Positions 42,060 to 54,170 of a stretch of DNA of 64,000 nt are shown here, in pieces (position 1 is the first letter of the stretch; every line of letters begins with the position of its first letter). The notes under the pieces are model-generated. The model was not told where the DNA came from, did not search any database, and saw only the letters and a program-made list of their open reading frames with translations. The position numbers and the translations under genes are program-made. The DNA is from Camelus dromedarius (Eukaryota): NCBI RefSeq assembly GCF_036321535.1, contig NC_087436.1:31870001-31934000 (forward strand), written 5' to 3'.

Positions 42060-42269
42060 CTCTAGCCAGTCTCAGGTACATCCTGTCTCGGGGAAGGAGG
42101 ATCATGTTCCATGTCCCTTTAAGGCTAGCAGAGCGAAAATATCCACCTCCGATTGGAGAGCTCAGATTTTATGTGTCTGGTGAGGTCTGCAGGAATGTAA
42201 GGCTCATGAAAACCGGTGTGATCAATCTGTACCCTTCTCTTGCTAAGACTGTCTCAGTATGAGGACATT
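42060..42269 (-). pseudogene. CUB-domain-like exon remnant
   Basis: Acceptor ctctactgttcctgtag. ECPHTETVLAREGYRLITP then a 1-nt shift to GFHEPYIPADLT (42214-42197), resembling the CUB start C-x-G-x-SPGFPxPY. 3' end approximate. Confidence 0.5.
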
Positions 42270-42295
42270 CTACAGGAACAGTAGAGTTGCTGGTC

Positions 42296-42426
42296 TTCTT
42301 TATCCTTCTTCTTCTTCTCCTCCTCCTCCTGCTCCACCGCCTCCTCCTCTCGCTCTACCGCCTCCTCCTCTCTTCCCCCTCCAGCTCTCTTTTCCCATTA
42401 TCCTCTTCCTCTCTCTTCTTTTTTTT
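42296..42426. repeat. Pyrimidine-rich (CCT/TCT)n low-complexity tract
   Basis: Direct observation. Confidence 0.85.
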
Positions 42427-42679
42427 GGGGGGGGGCATTTTCCCCTAGAACTGACCAGGGAAGCAATGAGGCTTGGAAAAGAATCTACCACATATTGGCT
42501 CACTAAATACTTATTTTACTGCTATGAATTTCTCTGGTATAGGGCAGGAAGTCACGTGATAGTACTTTTTGAACTTAATGTCAACTTGTATTATTTTGTA
42601 ACTACATAAGTGAACACCAGCCCTAAAATTCAGCAGCCTACCCTCCTCACAGGAAGTATGAAGTACATTTCATTCAAAT

Positions 42680-43650
42680 AAATGAAAGAACATCTGTCAT
42701 GGGTTGGCCCCAACTTACTTTTCTGGTTTCTTCTACCGCATGCCTCACTGCCCCTCCCGCCCTCATATGATGCTGTTAGTACATCATCTTACTCCCTTTC
42801 CTCTGAGCTTAGAACAATTTCTGAGCTCCAACTAGGTGACTAAATGAATGAAACAACCTGTGCAGTTACACCCTGTGCCTTTGCTCATACGTCCCCCATT
42901 TCTGGAATACCAGCCTTTTTACTGAGGACATTTCTACTCATTTTTCAAGGTCCAGCTTGCTGCTGCCTTTTCTTGAAGTCTTCACTCGGTACCACTCTCT
43001 CCCTCCTTACATTCACAGTGTTTTAATTCTTAAATGTCACACTTGCTTTGCCTCTGTTTGCCTTTTGTTTGTTTACTTGTCTTCCTCTCCCCTTACAATG
43101 CAAGTTCCTTCATGCTAGGGACTGTCCTTTTCATCTCTGTATCCCTCAAATCTAGCATAATGATTGCCATAAGATAAGCACTGAAATGTTTAATGTCTTG
43201 GTTTACTGTTTGTTAAGGTCTGGAAGAATGACTTTCAGATTCTAGACTTGGGGGACAGACAGAGGGTGTCCACCAACCAAGATACAGGATGGATAGCAGG
43301 AATTTAAGGTGAATGTATATCCTGACATGGATCTGGTAGTCACTTGAATCTACAGGTCTAAAGCTGAAGAGAGATAAAGACTAGATAAACAAAGTTGGGA
43401 ACTACCAGTGTAGAGGCGAGAACTAAAACCATGGAAGTGGGTGAGAGCACTGACAAGGAGGACTGAGGACAAACCCTAAGGAAAGTCAACATGTATGGGT
43501 GAATGATGGACATAATGCAGCAGTAGACTCTGAGAAGTAATGGTTTGAGAAATAGGTGGAGAACAAGAAGAGAGTGAGGTCATGGAAACTAAGGGAGGAG
43601 TCAAGCTCAAGAAGGACGCAGTGGAGACTGGGGTCAAATACTGTAGAATG
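42680..43650. mobile_element. L2 fragments (+ about 42680-43195, - about 43210-43650)
   Basis: aatgcaagttccttcatgctagggactgtcc...; gagtgaggtcatggaaactaagggaggag. Confidence 0.55.
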
Positions 43651-45206
43651 AGGGCAGCGACTAGAGAGAAGTCAAGGTCAATACAGAATTTCCAGAGGAG
43701 GGATTGTGATACTGTTCATTGGTAGGTTCTTATTTTCAAGGATGAAACAAATAATTGATAATTAAAACCCAATAGGTCTAGGAGTTATGGGAACCAACAT
43801 CTCATTAAGACAATAATAAATCTCATTGAATCTCACCAGGAAAACCATATTTCAATCTGAATTTCCTTGCTTCTCCCTATAAATGGGATTGCATAAAGAA
43901 GACAGAAACTTTTGTCTGCACCCTGTGACTATATTAGAGTAACTGAAGGACTGCAAATCATATGCCCTCCCTAGATGATGAAGCCCTATCTTGTTGTGAG
44001 GATACCATGGAAGGGTTCTCAAGGTCGACCTTTGAGGGCATGAAGAAAATTACCCATCACCATTGAGCCTCCAGAAGTAATAGAAGAGGAAGACTTAAAA
44101 GCAAAGATGCCTTCAGATAAGCCTTCTGATTTGGTACTGTAATGATAATTGTTATCACAATTTAATTTATATTAATTTGCATTTGTCTTACTTATATTAA
44201 AAGAAAATATGACCTTTCTGAAATTGATTAAATTATTATCAACAAAGAAACTTTTTTTTTTCTTATTTTATTTTTTGGGAGAAGAGGAGACTCATCTACT
44301 TATTTTTCTACTCATTCTTCCATCCACCCACCCATTAATCTAACCATCCATCCATCTGTCTGTCCGTCCATCCAAATTATTTTTTAAGGCCGTTTTATTT
44401 ACTGGGCTTTATGTAGGTTCTTAAGCCTACAAAGATGAATAGGACCAGATTCAAGAGCTCAACATAGTCATCATTCAGTATGTATAACTTTGATCTAAAA
44501 TATCATTAAAATTAGGCTATAGTTTAGGATATATATCAAATTCTCTTAAAATAAAACCCAAAGATATGCTTTAGGCAGTATCTCTGTACTTCTTCAGTAT
44601 ACTAATGTTCCCTGACATTATTGCTATCACTGATAAATGTCAAAGGGGAGAGTGATATTTTTGGAGCTGATTTTTTTTTTACTCTATTACAAAAATAGAT
44701 TATAAACACATACATATATGTCATAGAAAGAACTTAGGCTAATATTTCTATACAGGGACAAACATTAACATATTTTTAAAGTTTGCAGTTACATTCCTAC
44801 TGTCAGTTATAATCATCTGTTGGTATGAACTCCTTATTTTATGATAGCTATCAACATCTATTGGTAATATGTAATCTGATTACATTTAACAAGAGTATGA
44901 GAATTTTATAGTCAAAAAGTTACTGAAGGAGGCTGCATGATTCAATATTTTCATACAACCATCTTTATAAAGGCATAGTGCTAACTTAACCAACAAATAA
45001 TGATCTCTAATAAAAGTAACACAAAGCTACAACTGAATTCAACTTCATAAATGTTTCATTTTTAGGTAGTTGTTCACTGTTCAGGACATTAGTCTAAATC
45101 TGTATTAGTTATAATTTACGTTAGGCATATGCTTTGGGGAAAGAACATATATACTAAGTCAAAGCACTAATGTGTCAAAGTTATCCATGTCATCACGCTA
45201 CTCTAC

Positions 45207-45284
45207 CATAGGCCCCCTTTGCTCCTCTTGGAAGGTTGTTAGTATCCCCAGCGTTGGAGGAGGCACTAAGGCTAATCTGGATTG
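45207..45284 (-). pseudogene. Candidate exon 2 (78 nt, phase 1-1)
   Basis: Strong acceptor tctctttcacgtctctgaacag, donor G|GTAGAG. Open frame IQISLSASSNAGDTNNLPRGAKGAY joins in phase to the next exon (G|AA TGT = E C). Confidence 0.4.
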
Positions 45285-45488
45285 CTGTTCAGAGACGTGA
45301 AAGAGACAATGTGTCTCATGCAGGCCTCTGGAGAAAGCTAAGATTTCTCTAACCCTCATATAGAAACCCCTTGCTTAATCTGTTGGCAGTTGGAATGTTA
45401 TATCGTACAACTTTATAGTTCAAGGAGACCATGGGGGCCACGTCAAATTAGCAGGTACAAGGGCTAAAGGAGCTTTTATTATTCATCA

Positions 45489-45550
45489 TAGATTAACAGC
45501 CTGACAGGTAAAGACCAGTACTAATGGAACATTCAAGTCACAAATTTCAT
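45489..45550 (-). pseudogene. Candidate first coding exon (signal-peptide-like)
   Basis: aaaATG at 45550 gives MKFVT, then with one frameshift VPLVLVFTCQAVNL. No intact donor. Confidence 0.25.
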
Positions 45551-45574
45551 TTTCTTACTCCACTCAAATAGAAT

Positions 45575-46350
45575 GAATCAGTTAGCTCTGCAGCTATAAC
45601 AAACAACCCCCAAATTTTAGTTGCAACCACAAAGGCTTTTTTCTGGGATCTGTGATGAAGAAGACATATGCACCAAAACTGGCCTTATGTGTTTTCTTCA
45701 TTTCAAATCCAGGCTGAAAGAATAGTCCATTTTTGGACGTGTCAATCTTATGGCAAAGGTAAAATAGCAAGAGAGCTGATGGCAACCTACAATGAGTCTG
45801 TCTTAGTCAGTTTAGGCTGCTATAACAAAATTACCATACAGCTGTGGCTTAAACCACAAACATTATCTCTTCCAGTTCTGGAGCCTGGGAAGTCCAAGAT
45901 TAAGGTACCAGCAAATACAGAGTCTGGTGAGGGTCAGCTTCCTGGCTTACAGACAGCTGTCTTCTCACTGTATTGTTCCATGGCTGATAGAAAAAGATCA
46001 TCTCTCTCATGTCTCTTCTTATAAGGGCACCAATCTCATTCCTGAAGCCTCCACCCTCATGACCTAATTACCTCCCAAAGGCCTACTTCCTAATACCATT
46101 GCATTGGGGGTTAGGGCTTCAACATATGAATCTGCGAGGAGGAAAACATTCAGTCCATAGCAGGCTTTTAGAGCTTGTGCTTGGATGAGGCATAGTCAAG
46201 GTTACCCACATACCATAGGCCAAAGTACTCACATGCCCAAGCCTGATGGTAAAGGTGCAGAACCTGCGTGCTCCCCCACAGGAGGCACTGAGAGTTGTGT
46301 GATCCTAGTAGGAGTGTGAGTTGCTGGGAATGATAACACAATCCCCCACG
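45575..46350 (-). mobile_element. Old MaLR LTR (MLT1J/K/L-like) interrupted by MLT1A
   Basis: gctataacaaacaacccccaaatttt...; resumes ccataggccaaagtactcacatgcccaagcc. Confidence 0.55.
45799..46162 (-). mobile_element. MLT1A-like MaLR LTR
   Basis: tgtcttagtc...ggctgctataacaaaat...ggcttcaacatatgaat...cattcagtccatagca. Confidence 0.85.
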
Positions 46351-48249
46351 CCATGCTCCCCTTTGCAGCCCCCCAGCCAATTCTCTCGCCAACGCTTTCA
46401 GCCCCTCCACTTCCTGCCAGCTCAAGGAGGGGTACCGTGGAGGGTCCCGTGGAGGAAGACCACACAAGCAGTGAGGCTGCAGCAGCTGTTGTTTCCGTGC
46501 TTCCCTGTTTTGTTCTCATCAACCTCTGAGTGCAGACGGCAGGGTGGGTTGGGAAGGAGACTGCAGATGAGGTGGAAGACAAATGGGAGAACAGAGACCT
46601 TTCTCATTAACCGAAGGGGCCACTCGGGTAGTGCCCTGGGCAAGAGACAGTGACCTTTGTGTGCACCTAGAGGGCTGTGCCTAAGAGAATGTAATTAAGC
46701 CCACTCCTCAAAGCCATCATCCTCTTCAATTAATATTTACTGAGCACCCACTGAGACCCTGGCCCTGTGTGCAGAACTACAAAACTCTCTCGGGCTGGGA
46801 AAGACTCCGACTAATTTGCACATTAAAAACTGTGCAGACAGAGGAAACCCACCTTTTTCCCTTTCCCAGTCACCCTGGGAGAGAACCTCTTCTCTTCTTC
46901 ATTCATGTGTGGAATGCCAATTAAACATAGTAAACAAAGGAAACTTCTTACATTGTCATTTTCTTCTCTCTCTCCTTGCTTTACTTGCTGTCTGGATTTA
47001 TTGCTCAAGAATTGCCTCCTCTAAGCATCATCCCCTATTAACCAGAGAGATAAAAGCCATAAAGGGAAGGGGAACTCTTTCAGCTCTCTTTGCCAGTTGT
47101 GAGACAGAGCAGCGCCTTTACAAGGGGAGTAGACATCTGTTGACTGAGACTGCCCGTCCTGCACCAGAGCTGTGCTCATGCTCCAAATGCAAACTGCAGC
47201 CATCAGAGACAGAGCCGGGCTTGATAACTGCTTGAGCCCAAAGCAAATCTGCTTGGGCACTAGAACAGAAATTGTGTAGTTTTAAAGCAGATGTACGTTC
47301 TTAATGTGGTTGGCTGGTAGCGCGATAAGACTTGGAGTATTTTTCCCCCTTAGCCTATCAGAACAGTTAGAGTAAATAATGTAACTTAAGACAGGCCAGT
47401 TCTATCACCATTCCATGTAATATTTAGTCCACACAACAGGATGAAACTTAGCTTTGCATCACATACAGAAGGCATTCCATTTTCTCACATGCAGTATGAT
47501 ATTAGTAAACAACATATGTCTCCGTAGTTATAAACAAAGGTGTCATGTTTGCAAAACAGATCCTATATGTAGAACTTATATAAATGGGATAAAATGTGGG
47601 ATTTTTGCTGGTTAAAATGGTGTTAAATATTTCAATCAGTGTGATCTTTGTGAGAAACATTTTCTCCTCTTCTGTGATCACTACCAAGCATTGTTTTTGC
47701 ATCACCTTCCCCTCATCTGAGTTCTTGCTTCAGCACTTCTACTGTGACCTTGAGAAAATCAACTAGTCTGAACCTCTGTTTCTCTACTTGTTAAATAAGG
47801 ATGTTGATCTGGATTAAGGTTTCTCTAAGTCTATTCTGGGGAACATTGTTTCTGAGGAAATTAATAAGGGTAACATTTTAAAAAAGAGGTTCCAAGGTCA
47901 AATAAGTTTAGGAATTGTGATGTTAATCAATATTAAACACATTTCCTTACTCAGAACCTTAATGTGCTGATAATATTCATTGTGATTCTCCGAGAGAGAG
48001 AAATGCCTTGTTTCCTCAATTTATTTAGCCAGAAGACTTTTCCTTGTGGATCATTTCTCAGAACCAAACTGAACATTAGACTTTAAAGATCCTTCAACTT
48101 ATAACATTCTGTGATTCTATTTCCTATTTATTCTGCCTAACTTTCCAATTTCTCTCACCTCTTTCATGAAAAGAACTACCTGGGCTTTTTAACTCCTTCA
48201 TTAAGTGAAAGTCAGTCTGTTCTTCTGCAGTTTATTTTTTTTTTCCTCT

Positions 48250-49290
48250 GCAATTTATTTGAAAATTTTCAAACCCACAGAAAAGTTGAAAGAATAGTAC
48301 AATCAATATATAGTCTTCACTTAGATTCAATAACTATTAACATTTTGCTCCAGTTACTCTCTCTCTCTACACACACACACACACACACACACACTATACT
48401 ATATGTATAATTTTACTGCTGAACCATTTGAAAATTGCAGACATCTTGACACTTTATCCCTAAATACTTCAAGATGTATCTTGTAAGACAAGAGCACAAC
48501 CTCAGAACAATTGTTACACATAAGAAGTTTAATGCTGGGTAATATCACTATATTTAAGTTTCCCTAATTGACTCCAAAATGTTCTTTATAGTTTTTTAAA
48601 CTCTGGAATCCATTCAGAGTTCACATATTAGATATGGTTATGTCTCCTTGGTTTCTTTAATCTAGAACCAGCTCTCTATCTTGTTCATCTTTCATGAGGT
48701 TAACTTTTTTTGAAAAGTCCAGGTAACTTATTTTATATAAAGTCTAACATTTTAAATTTCTATGAGTTTCCTCATAATCAGCTTTCATCGAAATATTTTT
48801 TGAGAAAATGTTAATAGGTGACATTGTTGCATACTTCAGACTACATCATATCAAGAGAGACATAATGTCTGTCACTTTGTTCCCTTTTTGGAGGTGTTTT
48901 GAGTAATAGCATGATTAAAATGTTACTTGCTATATTTCTCCTTTCCCCTTAGTAATTTATAAATGATCTAGTAGCTGATATTTTGAAACTTGTGAATAAC
49001 TTCTTTCCTAACGACCCTTCACCCAGTGGCTTTAGCATTTGTTGATGATCCTTGCCTGGACCAAATATTACACTGGGATTGCAAAATAATGATTTTTTCC
49101 CCCTAATCTTATCTCTTCTAGTTCATTAAATGTTCTTCTTCTGTAGATAAGAATTTTCTCTTCTTCTTTCTCCTCTTTCTCTCACTATCACTTCCTCTGT
49201 CTCTGTCTATCATTGAGTATCATGATGTATCATAGATCCCTTTTTTCATTCAATGGTTTATAATGTATTATTGTAATTCATCTTTTTAAC
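48250..49290 (-). mobile_element. L1MC-like 3' region
   Basis: aaaatttcaaacccacagaaaagttgaaagaatagtacaat...ccctaaatacttca; contains (CT)n(CA)n at 48357-48394. Confidence 0.7.
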
Positions 49291-52200
49291 GTTTATTCAG
49301 AGACTACTCTGTGCCAGGTACTGAAGTGAGATTATTCTAACATTAAATCTTAGTCTCCTTTACCTTTCCCTGCAAGAATTTAAGAAAACTATCAGTGGAA
49401 CAACTAATCCAGATTCTTGAACTGGTCACTACTTTGCCACAGTTTTATCAGATACAGGAAACTGAAAATGGAGATGGGAGTGGGGACTGATCTCCAAATT
49501 ATAATTATTATTTCTCTTTTGTAAACCTTGGCCAGGCTACTGTGGTTCCAGCAGTCATCAAATGTCCATCTGAATCATCACACAGGGGAAACAAATCAAT
49601 TATCATCTCCGTAGAGCTACGCTGGATCTGCCTCAGAAGGGAGAGAATTCTAACACCAAGAACTTGGCCCCAGTACTTGGGCTCAGGGTCCATGGAAGGA
49701 GAATAATAATTTCCGTTTCTACTCTGAGCACAAAAAAGGTCATTTAATCATCACCCAAGTCATTAGAAAGACTGGGTAAATATGTCCATGTCTTTAGCAT
49801 GTATCAGGGTACCAAAGGCCTGGGACAAGACAGGAGTCCCAGAGCACTTCCCTGGCCAGACAAGGGTCACGGGTCCTACATGGGCAGCATATTCACCTCT
49901 CCAACAGAATGTGAATGGTGGATTCCAAAATCCACCAAAGGAATCAGAAAATAGCTCTCAGTGGAAGGAAAAGGGACCCTATGTTCTTGGGAAAGAATAG
50001 ATTGACCCATGTTGGTTCAATTTTCCAGTGGAAGGAGTGTTCTGCACATTATGCAAGGGAAGACATCTTGCAGTGCAACAAGCCTGGTGTTGTAACACCC
50101 TGCTAACCAACAGAGGTCAGAAGACATGTCCAAAGGACAGATAAACCTTTTGGACTTGATTATGTTTCTTTCGCAGGGGGTTGGGGTGGGGTGTGGAGCC
50201 TAGGAGCTTCTCCTCCAGCCCTAGAAAAACCCACAGTCTGTGTTCCCAATGGGGAGGGGCAGACAGAACAGGCAGAAATTGGTGTCCTGCCAGGGAATCA
50301 GTAAACAGGGGGTGACTGTGATCCCTGGAATCTTTGTTACCTCAAGAATTACAAAACTTTAGTGTCTCTCTGAGGCCATGGGGGAAGATTCTCCCAGCAG
50401 TCAGAGCACCTTCCAAGGGACAGGGCTCAATGGGAAAAGTTAAGGTTTTAGATGCTACAAAACCTGGCTTCAAATGCCATCCCTGAAATTTATAAGGCAT
50501 AAAGCCTAGGCAATTTAGTTATTCATTCCTGCTCCCTCATTGGTAAAATAGAGACAGCATATACCTCGCAGATCTGTTGTGATCATGTTAAATAAATGTA
50601 GAGCGTGCGCATGGCATTATTAGTTAGCATTCTTTTCATTCCAGGTAACAGAAACCAACCTGAGCTGATTTAAAGAAAAAAGTAAGAGAGATTGAGACAA
50701 AATTAATTGTAAGGTTATAGTGATATTCCATCATTCTTAGAGTCAAGAAGGCTTATAATAAGGCTGTAACCCCAAAATAAAAAGTCACCAAGAGAAATGC
50801 ATTGTAGCTTCTCCTTATCTGTTTTTAATCCTTTTTATGAGGGTTGGCTCTCTCTCCTCCAAGCCAACAGAGCTGACAGAATGTGACTGTTCATAGCTTT
50901 TGAGTTTATATATCACTTTTCAAGACACCAACACAGAGGTAGAAGGAATCCATAACTCCAAATCTGATGTCTTACAATAGAGTCTGGTTCTTTACCTTAT
51001 GACAGGAGTTCGCTGTGGCCATGACTGGGTGGTGGCTGGGACCGTGGAGTGTAGACTTAGAGAGTGTAAACACAGCTGAAGGGACTCACCCAGTGGTGAG
51101 CAGTATACTGAGGGGATCTTTACAGGCTGGGTGGACATTCTAACATACATTTTCCACAGGAACCTAGCCCAGTATCTGTCACATAATGGGGGTGTTACTT
51201 TTCTTCTCCCTTCCTCTGATACCAGATATGAAGACTCTAAGAGAAGAGTTGGGGAAAACTACTCAGATATTCTGGGGCATGTAGGACCTTATGATAACTG
51301 AAATGGAAGAAATTAGGATTAACACAGTATCTGGCAATAATAACACCACTAGGATAAATAGGGCAGGCTATGTACTTTTTAGACTTTCCTTATCTTCCTA
51401 AATTTGGCTTCTTGCTGTGTTCTGTGAAACATGTCTGCCTACCCTTGGAAAATCTCATTTCTGGTGATATGATGGCAGGAAAAATCCTTCTATGGAGAAA
51501 AGTGCTCTCTACAGAAGTGGGTAGGTTAGGAGGGAATGGTTAGGGCTAATGGTCAAAGAGAATACTAAGAACAGAATTGCTGCAGAAAATTAGCTGGCTT
51601 TTTCCTACTGCTACAGACCACGTTTGCAAGTGCAGCAACTTTGCAAAAAGACAACATTTATTCCTTCCTTCTTTCTTCCTTTCTGCCTTGCTTCCTTCCC
51701 TTCCCCTTCCTCCCTCCTTTCTTTCTTTTCTCTTTTTCTTTCATTCATGCAATACATGTTTCCCAAGCATTTTAATACCGACAAAGATACAAAGAAAAGC
51801 ACTCAAGATGTTTTACATGATCACCCTTTTCTCCTGGGAAACCAGAGGCTCAGCCTGGGATCCTGGAACTAAGGACTGGGCATGAGAGTAAAGAATACTG
51901 TCCTGTGAGTATAGGAAGCTGATTAAAGTGGCACTTCGGCCCAGAAACTGAAGGTCAAAGCATCCAGATCAAGGCTCTCCATGAATGGAGAACATGAATC
52001 TGGACCAAAGGGTCAACAACGGTGAGCATGCAAAGCAGAGCTGCAGGTTGACACAGAGCCTGGCATGACCCCCCGAGGCTATAAGCTGCCCAAGGCAGGA
52101 ACTTCTTATGGGAAGGCCTCAGGCCTTTGCCAGAAGGGTCCTCTGAAGGCACCCAGGCCTTTTGTTTCTCTGTAGAACAAAAAAGAGTTCTGAAGGGAGA

Positions 52201-52323
52201 AATATACTCCACACTAAATGTGCTCCTAATAGTTTAAGTCAGAGTATAAAAATCTTCCTCAGTAATTCTATTTCCTGCCAACTCCCCAGTACAACTTGCA
52301 AAATTGTAGTGAAAGAAACATTT

Positions 52324-52844
52324 TGTAACAGGGAAGAACAAATCTGACTCCATATTAAATCTGTTCCTTTAGCTCTAACCCTGTGCTCTGTATCCTGTGC
52401 TTAGTCCTGCTGGTTCTGCTCCTCTTGTAAAAGAATGTTGCCTATAGCCTGAAATACACAGGACAGACCATTCTCCAGGCTCTGACCTTTAAAGGTATAA
52501 CACTTTTCCATTCATATAGACATAAGAAGTTGCAGAACAGAAAATAACATTCATCTTTCTGGAGGTTTAGAGGAACATCCTGACCTGACCTAGGTGGACA
52601 GCTGCAAGAACAAAGAATTTCGACACCAAGAAGTTTGCAACAACCAACCACACCCCTCCCTACTTTTTAGTATAAAATGAGCCTGAATTCTGACTTGGGG
52701 AAGATGGTTCTCCAGGACATTAGTTTCCCATCTTCTCTGTCTGCCTACTTTCCAAATAGGGTCGTTACTCTTTGCCCTAATACCTCATCTCCCGATTTAT
52801 TGGCTTGTCGTGCGGCGAGCAGAATGAGTTTGGATTCTGTAACA
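52324..52844 (+). mobile_element. ERV1 solo LTR (MER41-like, cetartiodactyl)
   Basis: tgtaaca...tgtaaca ends, gactccatatt motif, tataaaa box, perfect 4-bp TSD attt (52320-52323, 52845-52848). Confidence 0.85.
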
Positions 52845-53793
52845 ATTTCTCTAAATTCACTACTGAGACTTAAAGTTCTCACAGGATCTTAGACCAAACA
52901 TAAGCTCTTTCCTTAAGAACCACAACATGCATATGGCCATTTAAGCATAAATCTATTGACATCACCACTGAAAACAAATTGTGTCTGCGTGGTAGAATAT
53001 ATTAGATGAGTTTCAGGGTCTTCCTACATTAGCAGCTTAGATTTGAGGCAGCATTTTATCTTCACATACTGGTATATTTGTCCCTACTATGTTTCTTGAC
53101 CAACTGAAAGCCCTTGATTCCCTGGGAAATATTTAATGGGTAATGAGAATCACTTGAGTGACATGTCCTATTTGACTAAGTAGCCCAACCATGTCTTTGC
53201 TATTGATATAAATGTTTCCATATTACATTTACATCATTTATATCCATTGTAAAAAAATATATTTCAACAGGGCAAACATAATGTGGTAGGAAGGCAACCC
53301 TGGGGTGTTATAAATATCAAATAAGTCATAACTATAATGATAATATTGGAATGTATCTTTAGAAGAGAGAGGCTGAGTTTATCAAGAGGTCTCAAGTGAA
53401 CAATAAAGACCTCCTTATCAAGTCCAGATAAATTTCAGATTTTCGATAATCTTGTTAAACACTCTATGGTTCCTTATTTGTAATGCCATCCCTTAGTTTT
53501 AAAACTGCTCACTGCCTTTATAGTTGCTGCTTTTTGTGGCTTTTCCATATCTGATGATCTCTAGTAAAACACTAGTCTGGTGTTAAAGATTTCCACTTCT
53601 CCCTTCCCCAATCCCTTTCCCATCTCCCTTCTCCCCATCATCTTCTAACTTCTACATCTAATAGTAGGACAAGGACACAAAGAAGGAAAATAAAATGCAA
53701 ATAAGAATTTGATGTTTAATAACAGGAGACAGAGAAGTGTAGCACCCACTTGAGCCCTCTTCTGTACCTAAACAAATCTCTCTCAGCCTTCAC

Positions 53794-54170
53794 TGTATTA
53801 GTCTGCATGGGTTCCCATAACATAGTGCCACAGACTGGGTGGCTCACACAATAGGAACTTATTTTCTTGTGCTTCTGGATGTCAGAAGTCTGAAATCAAG
53901 GTGTCAGCAGAGTTGATTTCCTATGAGACCTCTCCTCAGGGCTTGCAGATGGCCATCTTCTCCTTGTGTCTTCACATGATCTCTCCTCTGTGTGTGTGTG
54001 TGTCCTAATCTCTTCTTAGAAAGACACAAGTCATATTAGATTAGGGCCTATCCTAATGATCTCATTTTAATTTAATTACCTCTTTAAAGGACCTATATCC
54101 AAATACAATCACATTCTCAGGTTAGATCTTCAACACATGAATTGAAGGAGACATAATTCAGCCTGTAACA
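53794..54170 (-). mobile_element. MLT1B-like MaLR LTR
   Basis: tgtattagtc...ccacagactgggtggc...aatacaatcacattct...aattcagcctgtaaca. Confidence 0.85.

Larger units (their letters stand above)
25406..45550 (-). pseudogene. Decayed multi-exon adhesion GPCR pseudogene (putative CUB - C-type lectin - TSP1 - HRM - GAIN/GPS - 7TM)
   Basis: Colinear minus-strand exon remnants with AG/GT boundaries. Hand translations give TSP1 (*SDWSRC...RHR*DC), HRM (L*PV...CP...PQGWW), GAIN (VLHNQ|VAVAISNMPN*KLSESIRIQ), GPS (CYW...GW*NIQG...ACNHYGGF) and TM1/TM4/TM5-like hydrophobic segments in the expected order. Many stops and frameshifts. Both ends are uncertain. Confidence 0.75.

Noticed and set aside
42259..42609. 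Proline-rich and glycine-rich ORFs
   Set aside because: Produced by the (CCT)n low-complexity tract.
43970..44130. C/D-box snoRNA (ATGATGA plus a small hairpin)
   Set aside because: No suitably placed D box or terminal stem.
46168..47260. Cluster of overlapping 60-139 aa ORFs on both strands
   Set aside because: Partly inside an LTR and with no protein motifs; expected by chance in GC-richer sequence.
52324..52844. MER41-like LTR as an interferon-gamma (STAT1) enhancer
   Set aside because: I found no intact TTCNNNGAA motif in this copy.
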